Of a DNA stretch of 64,000 bases, positions 30,394-39,288 are shown one piece after another (the first letter of the stretch is position 1; the number at the start of each line of letters is the position of its first letter). The translations under genes were made by a program, and so were the position numbers. The notes under the pieces were generated by a model. It was given only the letters and a program-made list of their open reading frames with translations. It ran no database searches and was not told the origin of the DNA. Source of the stretch: an uncultured Acidobacteriota bacterium (GTDB lineage: Bacteria; Actinomycetota; Acidimicrobiia; Spongiisociales; ZC4RG35); assembly GCA_963828465.1 (NCBI GenBank), contig CAWHEU010000029.1, forward strand, positions 26,825 through 90,824, written 5' to 3'.

Positions 30394-30795
30394 CTACTTC
30401 AGCTCGACACTGGCGCCGGCGGCCTCGAGGACCTCCTTGGCCTTGTCCGCGGTCTCCTTGTCGACGGCCTCGAGCACATTGGCCGGGGCGCCGTCGACGA
30501 GATCCTTGGCCTCCTTGAGACCGAGACTGGTCAGGCTACGAACCTCTTTGATGACCTGGATCTTCTGAGCGCCGGCGGCGGTGAGGACGACGTCGAACTC
30601 GTCCTGTTCTTCGGCGGCGACAGCCGCACCACCGTCGCCACCTGCGGCGGGGGCGGCAGCAACCGCAACCGGGGCGGCGGCAGTCACTTCGAACTTCTCC
30701 TCGAAGGCATCGAGGAACTCCTTGAGCTCGAGGACGGTCATGCCCTCGAAGGTTGCGATCAGCTCATCGGTGCTGAGCTTGGTCTTGGTGGCCAT
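30394..30795 (-). CDS. rplL: 50S ribosomal protein L7/L12
   Basis: [29 protein letters not shown]. Confidence 0.97.
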   Translation of the reverse strand: MATKTKLSTDELIATFEGMTVLELKEFLDAFEEKFEVTAAAPVAVAAAPAAGGDGGAAVAAEEQDEFDVVLTAAGAQKIQVIKEVRSLTSLGLKEAKDLVDGAPANVLEAVDKETADKAKEVLEAAGASVELK

Positions 30796-30798
30796 TTC

Positions 30799-31410
30799 TC
30801 ACTCCTCCTCGGCCGAGACGGCCGTTTCGGTTTCAACGGGCTCATCCGCGGGCAGGGTGGCAGTCGATTCGCCTCCTGCCGGTGCGAGCTCGCCCGACTC
30901 TTTCTTCTCCAGAAGCTGTTGGAACATCGTTGCGGCGCTTCGATTGAATGACGCAAACAACCCGGCCGCCTGTATGAGCGGGGCCTTGGCGGCGCCTGCG
31001 ATCTTCGCCAGCAAGATCTCGCGGGGCTCGATCTCGGCCAGCCGCGAGACTTCCTCCGGGCCGAGGATGGACCCCGAGAGCACGCCAGCCTTCAGGATGA
31101 AGACCTCATGCGACCTCGAGAAGTCCTTGAGGGCCTTCGCCGTGGCCACAGGGTCGCTCTTGGCGAATGCGAGCGCAGTCGGCCCGAGCAGATGCTCGTC
31201 GAGACCGGTGATCCCTGCGTCGTCAGCGGCAAGCCTGGCCAAAGTCATCTTCACGACCTTGTACTCGGCGCCACTGGCACGCAGGCTCGCCCGCAATTCC
31301 TGGACCGCTTTCACGGACAGGCCGCGGTACTCGGTCAGGAAGACCGCTTCGGATCCCTCGAGGCTCTCTTTGATTTCGGCAACAGCCTGGACCTTTTCTG
31401 GTCTTGGCAT
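30799..31410 (-). CDS. rplJ: 50S ribosomal protein L10
   Basis: TEYRGLSV..LRASLR..GPTALAF; directly upstream of rplL. Confidence 0.95.
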   Translation of the reverse strand: MPRPEKVQAVAEIKESLEGSEAVFLTEYRGLSVKAVQELRASLRASGAEYKVVKMTLARLAADDAGITGLDEHLLGPTALAFAKSDPVATAKALKDFSRSHEVFILKAGVLSGSILGPEEVSRLAEIEPREILLAKIAGAAKAPLIQAAGLFASFNRSAATMFQQLLEKKESGELAPAGGESTATLPADEPVETETAVSAEEE

Positions 31411-31431
31411 TCGCTCCTCCGGTCGGTAGAC

Positions 31432-31530
31432 AACAAAACCCCTCGGTATCAGACGAGGGGCTCACGAGGAGCGACCTGCGTTGGCGGGAGAATCCCATTG
31501 AGCCCGAGGGCACCGACGGTCTGGGGCCGA
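31432..31530 (-). promoter_or_regulatory. L10 leader (rplJL autoregulatory RNA)
   Basis: AGACCGTCGGT..AAT..CCCGCCAACGCAGGTC pattern, then a CCCCTCG/CGAGGGG hairpin with TTTT before rplJ. Confidence 0.7.
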
Positions 31531-31551
31531 GGTATTGGAGTTGCGGGGCGA

Positions 31552-31579
31552 ATTGTACCGGGCGACCGGCGCTCGGCAA
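31552..31579 (-). promoter_or_regulatory. SigA promoter of rplJL
   Basis: TTGCCG-16 nt-TACAAT. Confidence 0.7.
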
Positions 31580-31632
31580 CTCCGAGGTTTGTGACAGGCG
31601 GCCGGGAGCCGATCGGTGGGTAGGGTGGCCCG

Positions 31633-32451
31633 ATGCCCGATTCAACGAGTGGCTACGCCCCGTCCGGGGATGCTCGCATCGCCTACGAGACGGCCGGGGA
31701 AGGACAGCCGGTCCTCTTCATCCATGCGGGCATCGCCGACCGGAGGATGTGGCGTTCTCAGCTCACCGAGGTCCCGCCAGGCTTCCGTTATGTGAGCCTC
31801 GATCTCCGAGGCCACGGGGCCACGGCCCTCACCGAGGCGCGATTCTCCAACCACGAGGACGTCCTGGCGGTGATGGACCATCTCGACATCGACAGCGCGG
31901 TGGTAGTCGGGTGTTCGATGGGCGGAGGGACTGCCTTCGACGTCGCCCTGGTCGCTCCCGATCGGGTCTCCGGTCTCGTGGTGATCGGAACCGGCGCGCC
32001 CGGTTTCGACGTCGACGAATACGAGTCTCCACAGTGGCCCGAGGTGCTGAAGGCGTACGAGGCCGGCGACATGGCCCGCGTTGCGGAGTTGGACGCGGAG
32101 ATCTGGGTCATCGGGTATGGGCGGAGCCGGGACGAGGTCGACCCGGACGTCATGGACACGATGATCGAGATGGACCTGGTGATCCTCCCCATGGAGGATC
32201 GCCGGGACGAGCTACTCATCCCTCTCGACCCGCCCCGGGCCGAGAGGTGGAACGAGATCGCGACTCCGACATTGGTCATGGTCGGCGAGCACGATCTGCC
32301 AAATTGCCGTCAATCGGCAGAGCTGCTGGCCAATGCCCTCAGTGATCATGATCCGATCGTGGTTCCCCGCGCCGCGCATCTGCCGAGCATGGAGCAGCCG
32401 GAGGAGTTCAACCGCGCCCTGGTCGGCTTCCTACAGGGCCTCTCTGTCTGA
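31633..32451 (+). CDS. Alpha/beta-fold hydrolase
   Basis: LFIHAG, DLRGHG, GCSMGG nucleophile, GEHD and AAHLP. Confidence 0.92.
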   Translation: MPDSTSGYAPSGDARIAYETAGEGQPVLFIHAGIADRRMWRSQLTEVPPGFRYVSLDLRGHGATALTEARFSNHEDVLAVMDHLDIDSAVVVGCSMGGGTAFDVALVAPDRVSGLVVIGTGAPGFDVDEYESPQWPEVLKAYEAGDMARVAELDAEIWVIGYGRSRDEVDPDVMDTMIEMDLVILPMEDRRDELLIPLDPPRAERWNEIATPTLVMVGEHDLPNCRQSAELLANALSDHDPIVVPRAAHLPSMEQPEEFNRALVGFLQGLSV

Positions 32452-32550
32452 TCGCGGCCATGAATGGCGCCACAAACCCGAAGTACGCCCCCACCTTCCA
32501 GATTCTCCCTGGACACCCCCAACGGGTCGCGCGACACTATTGACATTGAG

Positions 32551-32759
32551 AACAGGGGGTCTCCGTGTGACCGGGTGGGTTCCCTGACCGCCCCCACCCG
32601 CTCTTCGGACCCCAAATAACTGAGGGTCGCGTAACCGACAGTTGAGACCAGCCCCTACCCTGGTCCACAGACGAGTCGTCGGAAGCGTGCGGACGGTGGA
32701 CCTGGCAGCCGAAGCCCTCTAAGCCCACGGGATCCCGAAGCGCGGAGATCCCCCCTGTT
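32551..32759 (+). ncRNA. Candidate rod-shaped structured RNA (6S/Ms1-like)
   Basis: Ends pair (AACAGGGGG/CCCCCTGTT; TCTCCGTGT/GCGCGGAGA with G-U pairs on the + strand); inner stems around a bubble; followed directly by a terminator. Confidence 0.6.
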
Positions 32760-32761
32760 TG

Positions 32762-32799
32762 ATAAGAAAGGCCCCCGCTCAAGCGGGGGCCTTTCTTAT
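32762..32799. terminator. Bidirectional intrinsic terminator (ncRNA and rplA)
   Basis: 18-nt perfect inverted repeat ATAAGAAAGGCCCCCGCT/AGCGGGGGCCTTTCTTAT. Confidence 0.85.
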
Positions 32800-32823
32800 G
32801 AGTGGTGGGTTGTGCGTGGTGGC

Positions 32824-33541
32824 TCAACCGGCCGCTTTCGCAAAGTCCTCGAGGCTTCCCACATCGACCTTGACCCCAGGGCCCATGGTCGACGACAGCG
32901 TCATCTGCTTGAGGTACCGACCCTTGGATGCCGCCGGCTTGGCTCTGAGCAACTCTGAGGAGAGGGCGGCGAGGTTGGACGTCAACTGGTCGACGCCAAA
33001 CGAGACCTTGCCCACCGGGACATGGACATTCCCGTAGCGGTCGTTGCGATACTCGATGCGACCTGCTTTGAACTCGGAAACGGCCTTGGACACATCCGGC
33101 GTGACCGTCCCGGCCTTCGGGTTGGGCATGAGACCCCGCGGTCCGAGGATCTTCCCCAGCTTGCCGACCTCGGCCATCATGTCTGGGGTAGCGATGGCGA
33201 CATCGAAATCGAGCTCACCGCCGGCCTGGAGCTTCTCCACGAGCTCTTTGCCCCCGACGATGTCGGCCCCAGCCTCGGTAGCCTCTTTTTCGCGGTCCGA
33301 CGGGGCGAAGACCGCCACCCTCACATCCTTGCCTGTCCCGTGAGGGTAGCGAGACCGTGCCACGGACGAGTTGGTCTGCCTTCTTGGGATCGATCCCCAG
33401 CCCGAACACCGCTTCGACCGTCTCGTCGAATTTGGCGGGAGCCAGCGTCTTCACCAGCTCGAGGGCCTCTTCCGGCCCGTAAGGGGTCTGCTTGTCGTAC
33501 CGCATTGCGGCCTCGCGGTACTTCTTGCCATGTCTGGCCAT
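32824..33541 (-). CDS. rplA: 50S ribosomal protein L1, +1 frameshift near 33345 (probable assembly error)
   Basis: [26 protein letters not shown] / [23 protein letters not shown] split across two frames. Confidence 0.93.
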
Positions 33542-33552
33542 GTTCTCTCCTT

Positions 33553-33581
33553 GTGGTCCAGGCGGCCTTGCAGCCTCCCAC
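33553..33581 (-). promoter_or_regulatory. Putative L1-binding regulatory hairpin upstream of rplA
   Basis: GTGG-GA-GGC...GCC-TGGA-CCAC stem with internal loop just before the rplA SD. Confidence 0.5.
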
Positions 33582-33597
33582 TTCCGGGTCAGCGAGG

Positions 33598-34026
33598 TCA
33601 GTCGCTGACAGTGATGCCCATGGATCGGGCGGTGCCCTCGACGATCTTCATGGCGCCCTCGATATCGACGGCATTCAGATCGGGCATTTTCGTCTCGGCT
33701 ATCTCCTTGACCTGAGCCCTGGTCACCTTGCCGACCTTCACCTTGTTCGGCTCACCCGAGCCCTTGTCCACCCTGGCGGCCTGACGGAGCAGGGCGGCAG
33801 CGGGTGGTGTCTTCATCACGAAGTCGAACGACCGGTCCTCGTAGATCGAGATTTCGACCGGGATGATCTGCCCTCGCTGGCTGGCGGTGGCGTCGTTATA
33901 GGCCTTCACGAAGTCCATCAAGTTGACTCCGTGCGGGCCCAAGGCGGTGCCTACCGGAGGGGCAGGGGTGGCCTGCCCGGCGGGCAGCTGCAATTTCAGC
34001 GTGGTTACAAGTCGTCTGCGTCCCAT
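33598..34026 (-). CDS. rplK: 50S ribosomal protein L11
   Basis: [21 protein letters not shown] and GTARSMG. Confidence 0.97.
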   Translation of the reverse strand: MGRRRLVTTLKLQLPAGQATPAPPVGTALGPHGVNLMDFVKAYNDATASQRGQIIPVEISIYEDRSFDFVMKTPPAAALLRQAARVDKGSGEPNKVKVGKVTRAQVKEIAETKMPDLNAVDIEGAMKIVEGTARSMGITVSD

Positions 34027-34050
34027 GATTCTCTCCGTGCCGTTGTGGCA

Positions 34051-34854
34051 CTAACTCTTCTGGATGTCCTCGAAACCGAGCTCGACAGGAGTATCCCGGC
34101 CGAAGATGTTGACGAGGACCACGATCTTCTGCTGATCGATGTTCATGTCCTCGATGACGCCGTTGAAGTCGGCGAACGGGCCGGTGACTACCCGGACCTG
34201 CTCTCCAACCTCCCACTCGGGTTTGAAGCGTGGCTTGGCCTTCTCCTCTTCCTCCTGGACGCCGAGGAACCGCTCGACCTCCCTGCGGGAGAGGGGCGTT
34301 GGCTTCTGCGCGTTGCCGGCGACAAACCCGGTTACGCCGGGAGTGTTGCGGACCGCGTACCAGGAGTCGTCGTCGAGGGTCATCCGCACGAGGATGTAAC
34401 CCGGGAATACCTTCTTAGAGACGGTCTGCTTCTTTCCACCCTTGAACTCGACCATGTCCTCCATCGGGATGTGGACCTCGAAGATCCGGTCCTCCATGTG
34501 CATCGACTGGATCCGGGTCTCGAGGTTGGCCTTGACCTTGTTCTCATAGCCCGAGTAGGAGTGGATGACATACCAGTCACCGGGCATGTCGTAGGGGCTA
34601 GCCGAAATCTGCGGCGCGGCCTCTTCGCCCTCGACGTCGCTCTCATCGGACGCTTCGACCCCTTCGTCGGCGACGGCCTCCTCGACGACGGTCCCATCCA
34701 CGTCAACCGGCTCGATCTCGACAGTGTCGACTTCGGTCGTGTCGATCTCGACCTCGGGCTCGGGGGTCCCGACGTCGTCGGTGACCTCGTCGGTGTCTTC
34801 CCCTGGGGCCTCTACGTCCGGGTTCTCCATCTCGGCGGTCTCCACGTCGGGCAT
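34051..34854 (-). CDS. nusG: Transcription factor NusG with acidic N-terminal extension
   Basis: WYVIHSYSGYENKVK, FPGYILV, VRNTPGVTGF, GPFADF and IFGRDTPVEL. Confidence 0.95.
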   Translation of the reverse strand: MPDVETAEMENPDVEAPGEDTDEVTDDVGTPEPEVEIDTTEVDTVEIEPVDVDGTVVEEAVADEGVEASDESDVEGEEAAPQISASPYDMPGDWYVIHSYSGYENKVKANLETRIQSMHMEDRIFEVHIPMEDMVEFKGGKKQTVSKKVFPGYILVRMTLDDDSWYAVRNTPGVTGFVAGNAQKPTPLSRREVERFLGVQEEEEKAKPRFKPEWEVGEQVRVVTGPFADFNGVIEDMNIDQQKIVVLVNIFGRDTPVELGFEDIQKS

Positions 34855-35177
34855 CAGGACCTTGCGACCAGCCAGAAGACGAACTCCTTCATGACGATGT
34901 CCAGCCCGAAGATCACCCCGGTCAAGACGGTCGAGGTGATGACGGTCACGGCGGAGAATGCGACCATCTGCTCGCGGGTGGGCCAAGTCACCTTGCGCAG
35001 CTCCTGACGGACCTCGTGCAGATACTCACGGAGGCGGGCCCACAGCGACTTGCGCTCGGTGGCAGCCGGCTTGCCCTGGATGGAAGCGGCGCGGCGACTG
35101 GCCTTGTCACGGCCAGTCTCGTTCTTCTTCTGCAGGCGCTCCTCGCGTTCCTGCATCCTGCGCATTTCTCGGTTCAT
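34854..35177 (-). CDS. secE: Preprotein translocase subunit SecE
   Basis: EVRQELRKVTWPTR plus a TM helix; lies between tRNA-Trp and nusG. Confidence 0.92.
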   Translation of the reverse strand: MNREMRRMQEREERLQKKNETGRDKASRRAASIQGKPAATERKSLWARLREYLHEVRQELRKVTWPTREQMVAFSAVTVITSTVLTGVIFGLDIVMKEFVFWLVARS

Positions 35178-35209
35178 CAGTTCTTCCAGATCGTATCCAC
35201 AGACAAGGC

Positions 35210-35286
35210 TGGCAGGGGCGGAGGGACTCGAACCCCCAACCTCCGGTTTTGGAGACCGGCGCTCTACCAATTCGAGCTACACCCCT
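35210..35286 (-). tRNA. tRNA-Trp (CCA)
   Basis: Cloverleaf AGGGGTG...CGCCCCT-G-CCA; anticodon loop CTCCAAA. Confidence 0.95.
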
Positions 35287-35307
35287 AGGGGGTTCGCGGG
35301 ATGACCA

Positions 35308-35336
35308 AGTATAAGGGAAGGGCGCTGGTGTGGAAA
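35308..35336 (-). promoter_or_regulatory. SigA promoter for tRNA-Trp-secE-nusG
   Basis: TTTCCA-17 nt-TATACT. Confidence 0.6.
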
Positions 35337-35365
35337 CTCCGGGGTTGGAATGTCAGACTCCTTCG

Positions 35366-35764
35366 ATGCCGGTCCTGGAGCTGGTCACGATCGTCGTCGA
35401 CGATTATGACCCGGCCATCGAGTTCTTTGTGAAAGTCCTCGAATTCGAATTGGTGGAAGACTCACCTTCGCTCACCAACGACGGTCGACCAAAGCGGTGG
35501 GTCGTCGTGCGACCTCGTGGAGCAGAGACCGGAATCCTGCTGGCCCGCGCCGACGGCGAGCATCAACGACCTGTCGTCGGAAACCAGGTTGCCGGACGCG
35601 TCGGCTTCTTCCTCCGGGTCGACGACTTCGATGCAGCTCACGACCGGATGAAGAGGGCTGGTGTGGAATTCGTCACCGAACCACGCGGCGAGGACTACGG
35701 GCAGGTCGCCGTGTTCGTCGACGTCTGCGGAAACAGGTGGGACCTCCTTGGCCCGCTTGAGTGA
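35366..35764 (+). CDS. VOC/glyoxalase family protein
   Basis: IVVDDYDPAIEFF..KRWVVVRP..VAVFVDVCGNRWDL. Confidence 0.9.
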   Translation: MPVLELVTIVVDDYDPAIEFFVKVLEFELVEDSPSLTNDGRPKRWVVVRPRGAETGILLARADGEHQRPVVGNQVAGRVGFFLRVDDFDAAHDRMKRAGVEFVTEPRGEDYGQVAVFVDVCGNRWDLLGPLE

Positions 35765-35818
35765 ACATGGTCGTGGGCGACCTGCCAGCCGATCGACTCC
35801 CTCTCTAGATTGCCGATC

Positions 35819-36328
35819 ATGTCGATCGGCGAACTGCGCTGTGTGGTCATCAACGTCACCGACCTTCCCCTCGCCTACGAGTTCTGGTCTGCAGTCACAG
35901 GACTGGAGATCATCGGATCACCCGACGGTTGGCACGGTTGGCTCGGTTACCTGGGCACCCGGGATCCCTGGAAGCACGAGATCATCCTGCAACGCACCGA
36001 CGGTGCTCCGGTCGAGGTTGCCAGGCCATCTCATCACCGAACGAACGCTGTCCATATCGACATCACGCCGTCAAACGGGATCGACCGGGCGGTAGAGGAG
36101 ATCGTTGCTCTCGGGGGCAGGGTCAAGAAGCCGCCGAGTCTCTATCCACGGCCCGGCGCTCACGAGGGACAGCGGCCCCTCATCGATTGGGCGGTGATGC
36201 AGGACCCCTTCGGCAACGAGTTCTGCTTGGTTCACGATCTCACCGAGCAACAGTCACTCGCCGCTATGAGCGCCGACAGCAGTACCGACCATGACTGGCG
36301 GGTGGCGGCCGGTCAGACAAGCGCGTAG
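35819..36328 (+). CDS. VOC family protein
   Basis: FWSAVTG, VHIDI and WAVMQDPFGNEFCLV. Confidence 0.85.
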   Translation: MSIGELRCVVINVTDLPLAYEFWSAVTGLEIIGSPDGWHGWLGYLGTRDPWKHEIILQRTDGAPVEVARPSHHRTNAVHIDITPSNGIDRAVEEIVALGGRVKKPPSLYPRPGAHEGQRPLIDWAVMQDPFGNEFCLVHDLTEQQSLAAMSADSSTDHDWRVAAGQTSA

Positions 36329-36334
36329 TCACGC

Positions 36335-36808
36335 ATGACGGATCAACCCACCCAACCCATCAGGATCCCCCCTCGTTGGTTCGTCCGCGTCGCCTGGTCG
36401 ATTCATCGTGGCTTGTACCGGGTCAGTGGCGGCCGGGTCGGGCTCTGGCGTCCCAAGCCCGACAAATGGGGCACCATGCGTCTGACGACCACCGGACGCC
36501 GTACCGGTCAAAAGCGGCCAGTGATACTCGGGTACATCGAGGACGGCCCGAACGTGGTCACTATTGCAATGAACGGCTGGGCCGATGCCGAGCCGGCCTG
36601 GTGGCTCAATCTCCAAGCGAATCCTGTGGCCGGTCTCGACCTGGGCGACGGCCAGCGAACGGTGAGAGGTAAAGCCGCAGAAGGGGAAGATCGGTCGCGC
36701 TTGTGGGATCGATGGCGGGAGATCGATTCGAGATTGGACGATTTCGCAGCTCTGCGTTCCCGGGAGACTGCGGTAGTGATCCTCGAACCGTCATCCAGCG
36801 ATCATTGA
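36335..36808 (+). CDS. Deazaflavin-dependent nitroreductase (Ddn/DUF385) family
   Basis: LTTTGRRTGQKR, PAWWLNLQANP and RETAVVILEP. Confidence 0.9.
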   Translation: MTDQPTQPIRIPPRWFVRVAWSIHRGLYRVSGGRVGLWRPKPDKWGTMRLTTTGRRTGQKRPVILGYIEDGPNVVTIAMNGWADAEPAWWLNLQANPVAGLDLGDGQRTVRGKAAEGEDRSRLWDRWREIDSRLDDFAALRSRETAVVILEPSSSDH

Positions 36809-36831
36809 TCGCGGTCTCCAACCGGCCGTCC

Positions 36832-37486
36832 TCAGACGACCGCGGCAAACGCCCTGACCGGAAAGGTCCCGAATCCGCTCACCTTGGGTGGGACCGCGAA
36901 GAACCGGAACTCGCGCCCGACCAGCTGGTCGAGATTGGTGAGGTGCTCTACCACCTGGATCCCGGCGGCGAGAAGGCCGGTGTGGGCGGCCCGTTCCCCG
37001 CCACGTGTGTCGTCGATGTTGACCGAGTCGATACCGACGAGCACCGCGCCCTCCATCGACCAGGGCATCGACGAGACCGGTGGAAACGAAGGAATGGCTG
37101 GGGTCACCGTAAGAATCGGTGCCCCAGTGCCGGTCCCACCCGGTGGCGAACAGGACCGCCTTACCGGTTAGATCCAGACCGCTCACCGCCTCCGGGCCGA
37201 TCTCGGGGCCAGGAGCATCGATACATAGCCCGGACAGGTCGGCGACGTCATCGAGGGCAAGACCGGAGAGATCGGAGCCGCCTTCGAATCGATGGAACGG
37301 GGTGTCGAGATAGGTGCCCGTGTTCCCGACCATGTCGATTCGCCCGATGAGGAACTCGGTGCCGGGCGCATAGTTCGCCCTGGAGTCGATGCGGGAGAGA
37401 TGATCCGAGATCACCGGGCCGGGCAGACCGGGATAGGTGATCATCCCTGCCTCTATGTCATGGGAGAGGTCGATGAGTCGCGCCAT
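36832..37486 (-). CDS. Cyclase / kynurenine formamidase-like protein, frameshift near 37050
   Basis: IDLSH, NTGTYLDTPFH, TGW / LVGIDSVNIDD..VEHLTNL..FPVRAFA. Confidence 0.85.
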
Positions 37487-37527
37487 GCGGAAAGGGTAGG
37501 CACCCTCGATGATCGCTCACGTGGTGA

Positions 37528-37860
37528 TCAGGTCTGTGTCCGGGGGCGGAGACGCCAGATGAGGACCGCCGCAGCCATGGAGAGGACAGCGGCTGTCACG
37601 GCGACCGGAGTGCGCCAGGAACGGGCAACCGCCAGGTCCCCTTCTAACGCCGACATGACACGCCATTCGAGGTCGAGCGGTGCATCGAATTTCTCATTCG
37701 ACATGGCGGCCAGCTCTCGGGCGGTGCGGGCCATCGCCGCGTGCCTGGCCTGGCACTTGAGGCACTCATCGGCGTGGGCCCGGAAGGGCCGGGCCACCGG
37801 GGTGCCTTCCACGGCGCTGTTGGCAACGAACGGGGCCGCCACCTCGCAGAGGACGTTCAC
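37528..37860 (-). CDS. Putative zinc-binding anti-sigma factor
   Basis: HADECLKC (HxxxCxxC) plus a C-terminal TM helix; overlaps the ECF sigma stop. Confidence 0.75.
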   Translation of the reverse strand: MNVLCEVAAPFVANSAVEGTPVARPFRAHADECLKCQARHAAMARTARELAAMSNEKFDAPLDLEWRVMSALEGDLAVARSWRTPVAVTAAVLSMAAAVLIWRLRPRTQT

Positions 37861-38423
37861 GCCGACTGCTCCAGCTGCCGGGCGAGTCGCGCTCGTGCCC
37901 GATGCAGCCTCACCTTGGCTGCTGAGACCGATATCCCCATGGCTTCCGCGATCTCGGCGTGGGACCAGTCGTAGACATCCTTCAGCACCACCACCTGGCG
38001 TTGTGGCTCCGGCAGGGTGTCAAGGGCGCGGCGCAGCCGTCCGCGGAGCTCGAGCATCTCGCCGGCCATCTCCGGGTGATCGGCGCCCATGGGGGCTGCG
38101 ACATCGATGAAGTCGTCCAGCGGTGGCCCACTGTGCCTGCGGGCGCGTCTGCGCTGGGTCCACGCCGTGTTCACCGTGATGCGATGCAGCCAAGTAGATA
38201 GTGCCGCATCCCCTCTGAAGTTGGGCAACGCCTTCCACGCCCGGATCAAGGCCTCTTGGGCGATATCGGCCGCGAGATGTGGGTCGCCAACAAGTCTCCG
38301 CGCCAAGGTGTAGACCTCGTCTCCATGCTCACGGACCAGTGCGCCAAAGGCGGCTCGGTCGCCGGCCTGCGCCCGGGCAATGAGCTCTTTCTCCTTGTCG
38401 CGTTCGACCCTGGCCATGTCCAT
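37857..38423 (-). CDS. ECF RNA polymerase sigma factor
   Basis: DIAQEALIRAW..FRGDAALSTWLHRI..EIAEAMGISVSAAKVRLHRAR. Confidence 0.92.
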   Translation of the reverse strand: MDMARVERDKEKELIARAQAGDRAAFGALVREHGDEVYTLARRLVGDPHLAADIAQEALIRAWKALPNFRGDAALSTWLHRITVNTAWTQRRRARRHSGPPLDDFIDVAAPMGADHPEMAGEMLELRGRLRRALDTLPEPQRQVVVLKDVYDWSHAEIAEAMGISVSAAKVRLHRARARLARQLEQSA

Positions 38424-38427
38424 GTGG

Positions 38428-39225
38428 TTACTGCCCCGTCAACTCGATTCGAGCACTCACATACTCGGCTTCGGAGTCGCTGACCGCAACAACCGCCGTG
38501 TCCCCAATCTCCTCGACTCCCACCGACACCGGTCGCGCCGGTGCCAACGGATTGCGGAATCGGACCTTCGCCGAGCGGAGTGGCGCGTCGCCGGGGCGAA
38601 GTCTCGACGCCGCAGCCAGGGCCCATGCGGCTTGGAGGAGCCCGTGGGAGACCACCCCGGGAAGCCCGGCAGCCACGGCGGCGTCGTGGTCCCAATGGAT
38701 AGGGTTCCAGTCCCGTGTGGCTGCGGCATATCTGACCAGGCCGGCTCTCGAGACGCTCACCTGGCCGTTGCCCGGGCTCCCATTGTCCTCCGGCGCCGGC
38801 TCTGCCCGCTCGGCGACGTCAGCTGGATCGGCGATGTCCGAGACCAGGAACAGAGAGGTGGCGTTGGCCACCGGGCCGATGTTGTCGACGACCTCGACAT
38901 CGAAGTCGACAAATGCCACCCCACCACGTTCTCGAACCCGGCTCACCTTGCCGGTTACATCCATCTCGGACTCGACGCCGATCCGCCGATGCCAGGTGAA
39001 GGTCTGCTCGCCATGTATCACCGACCGGTCGGCCAGTTGGCGGAGCAGGTCGGAAGCCACGACAAACAAGAGTGTGGCCATGAAGCCCGGAGGCGCAGCG
39101 TCCTCCCACCGGTCGGGATCGTCACCGGTTGCCCGTACGAAATCGTTGACGTTCTCGACACATACCCGGAAGTGATGGGGGCCGATGGGCTGGTCGACGA
39201 GGTCGGACGGGTTCAAGTGTTTCAC
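38428..39225 (-). CDS. Double hot-dog MaoC-like dehydratase (HadA/HadB-like fusion)
   Basis: APPGF..IHGEQTF domain followed by RYAAATRDWNPIHWD..GVVSHG. Confidence 0.85.
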   Translation of the reverse strand: MKHLNPSDLVDQPIGPHHFRVCVENVNDFVRATGDDPDRWEDAAPPGFMATLLFVVASDLLRQLADRSVIHGEQTFTWHRRIGVESEMDVTGKVSRVRERGGVAFVDFDVEVVDNIGPVANATSLFLVSDIADPADVAERAEPAPEDNGSPGNGQVSVSRAGLVRYAAATRDWNPIHWDHDAAVAAGLPGVVSHGLLQAAWALAAASRLRPGDAPLRSAKVRFRNPLAPARPVSVGVEEIGDTAVVAVSDSEAEYVSARIELTGQ

Positions 39226-39288
39226 GGTAACGGGGACGGGGTATGCACGGCGACGGGACTCGGGTTGGGAGAGCGTGACTGGAGGTCT

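Noticed and set aside
33335-33355. Programmed frameshift or pseudogenisation of rplA
   Set aside because: No slippery site or stimulator; one of many scattered indels
34600-34854. Acidic low-complexity repeats at the NusG N-terminus
   Set aside because: Acidic extensions are common in actinobacterial NusG; not a DNA repeat array
38380-39288. Long N-terminal extension of the M28 peptidase (likewise ORFs starting 47239, 42452, 24620, 14977, 18775)
   Set aside because: They overlap real opposite-strand genes or tRNAs; signal peptides, SDs or -10 boxes mark later starts
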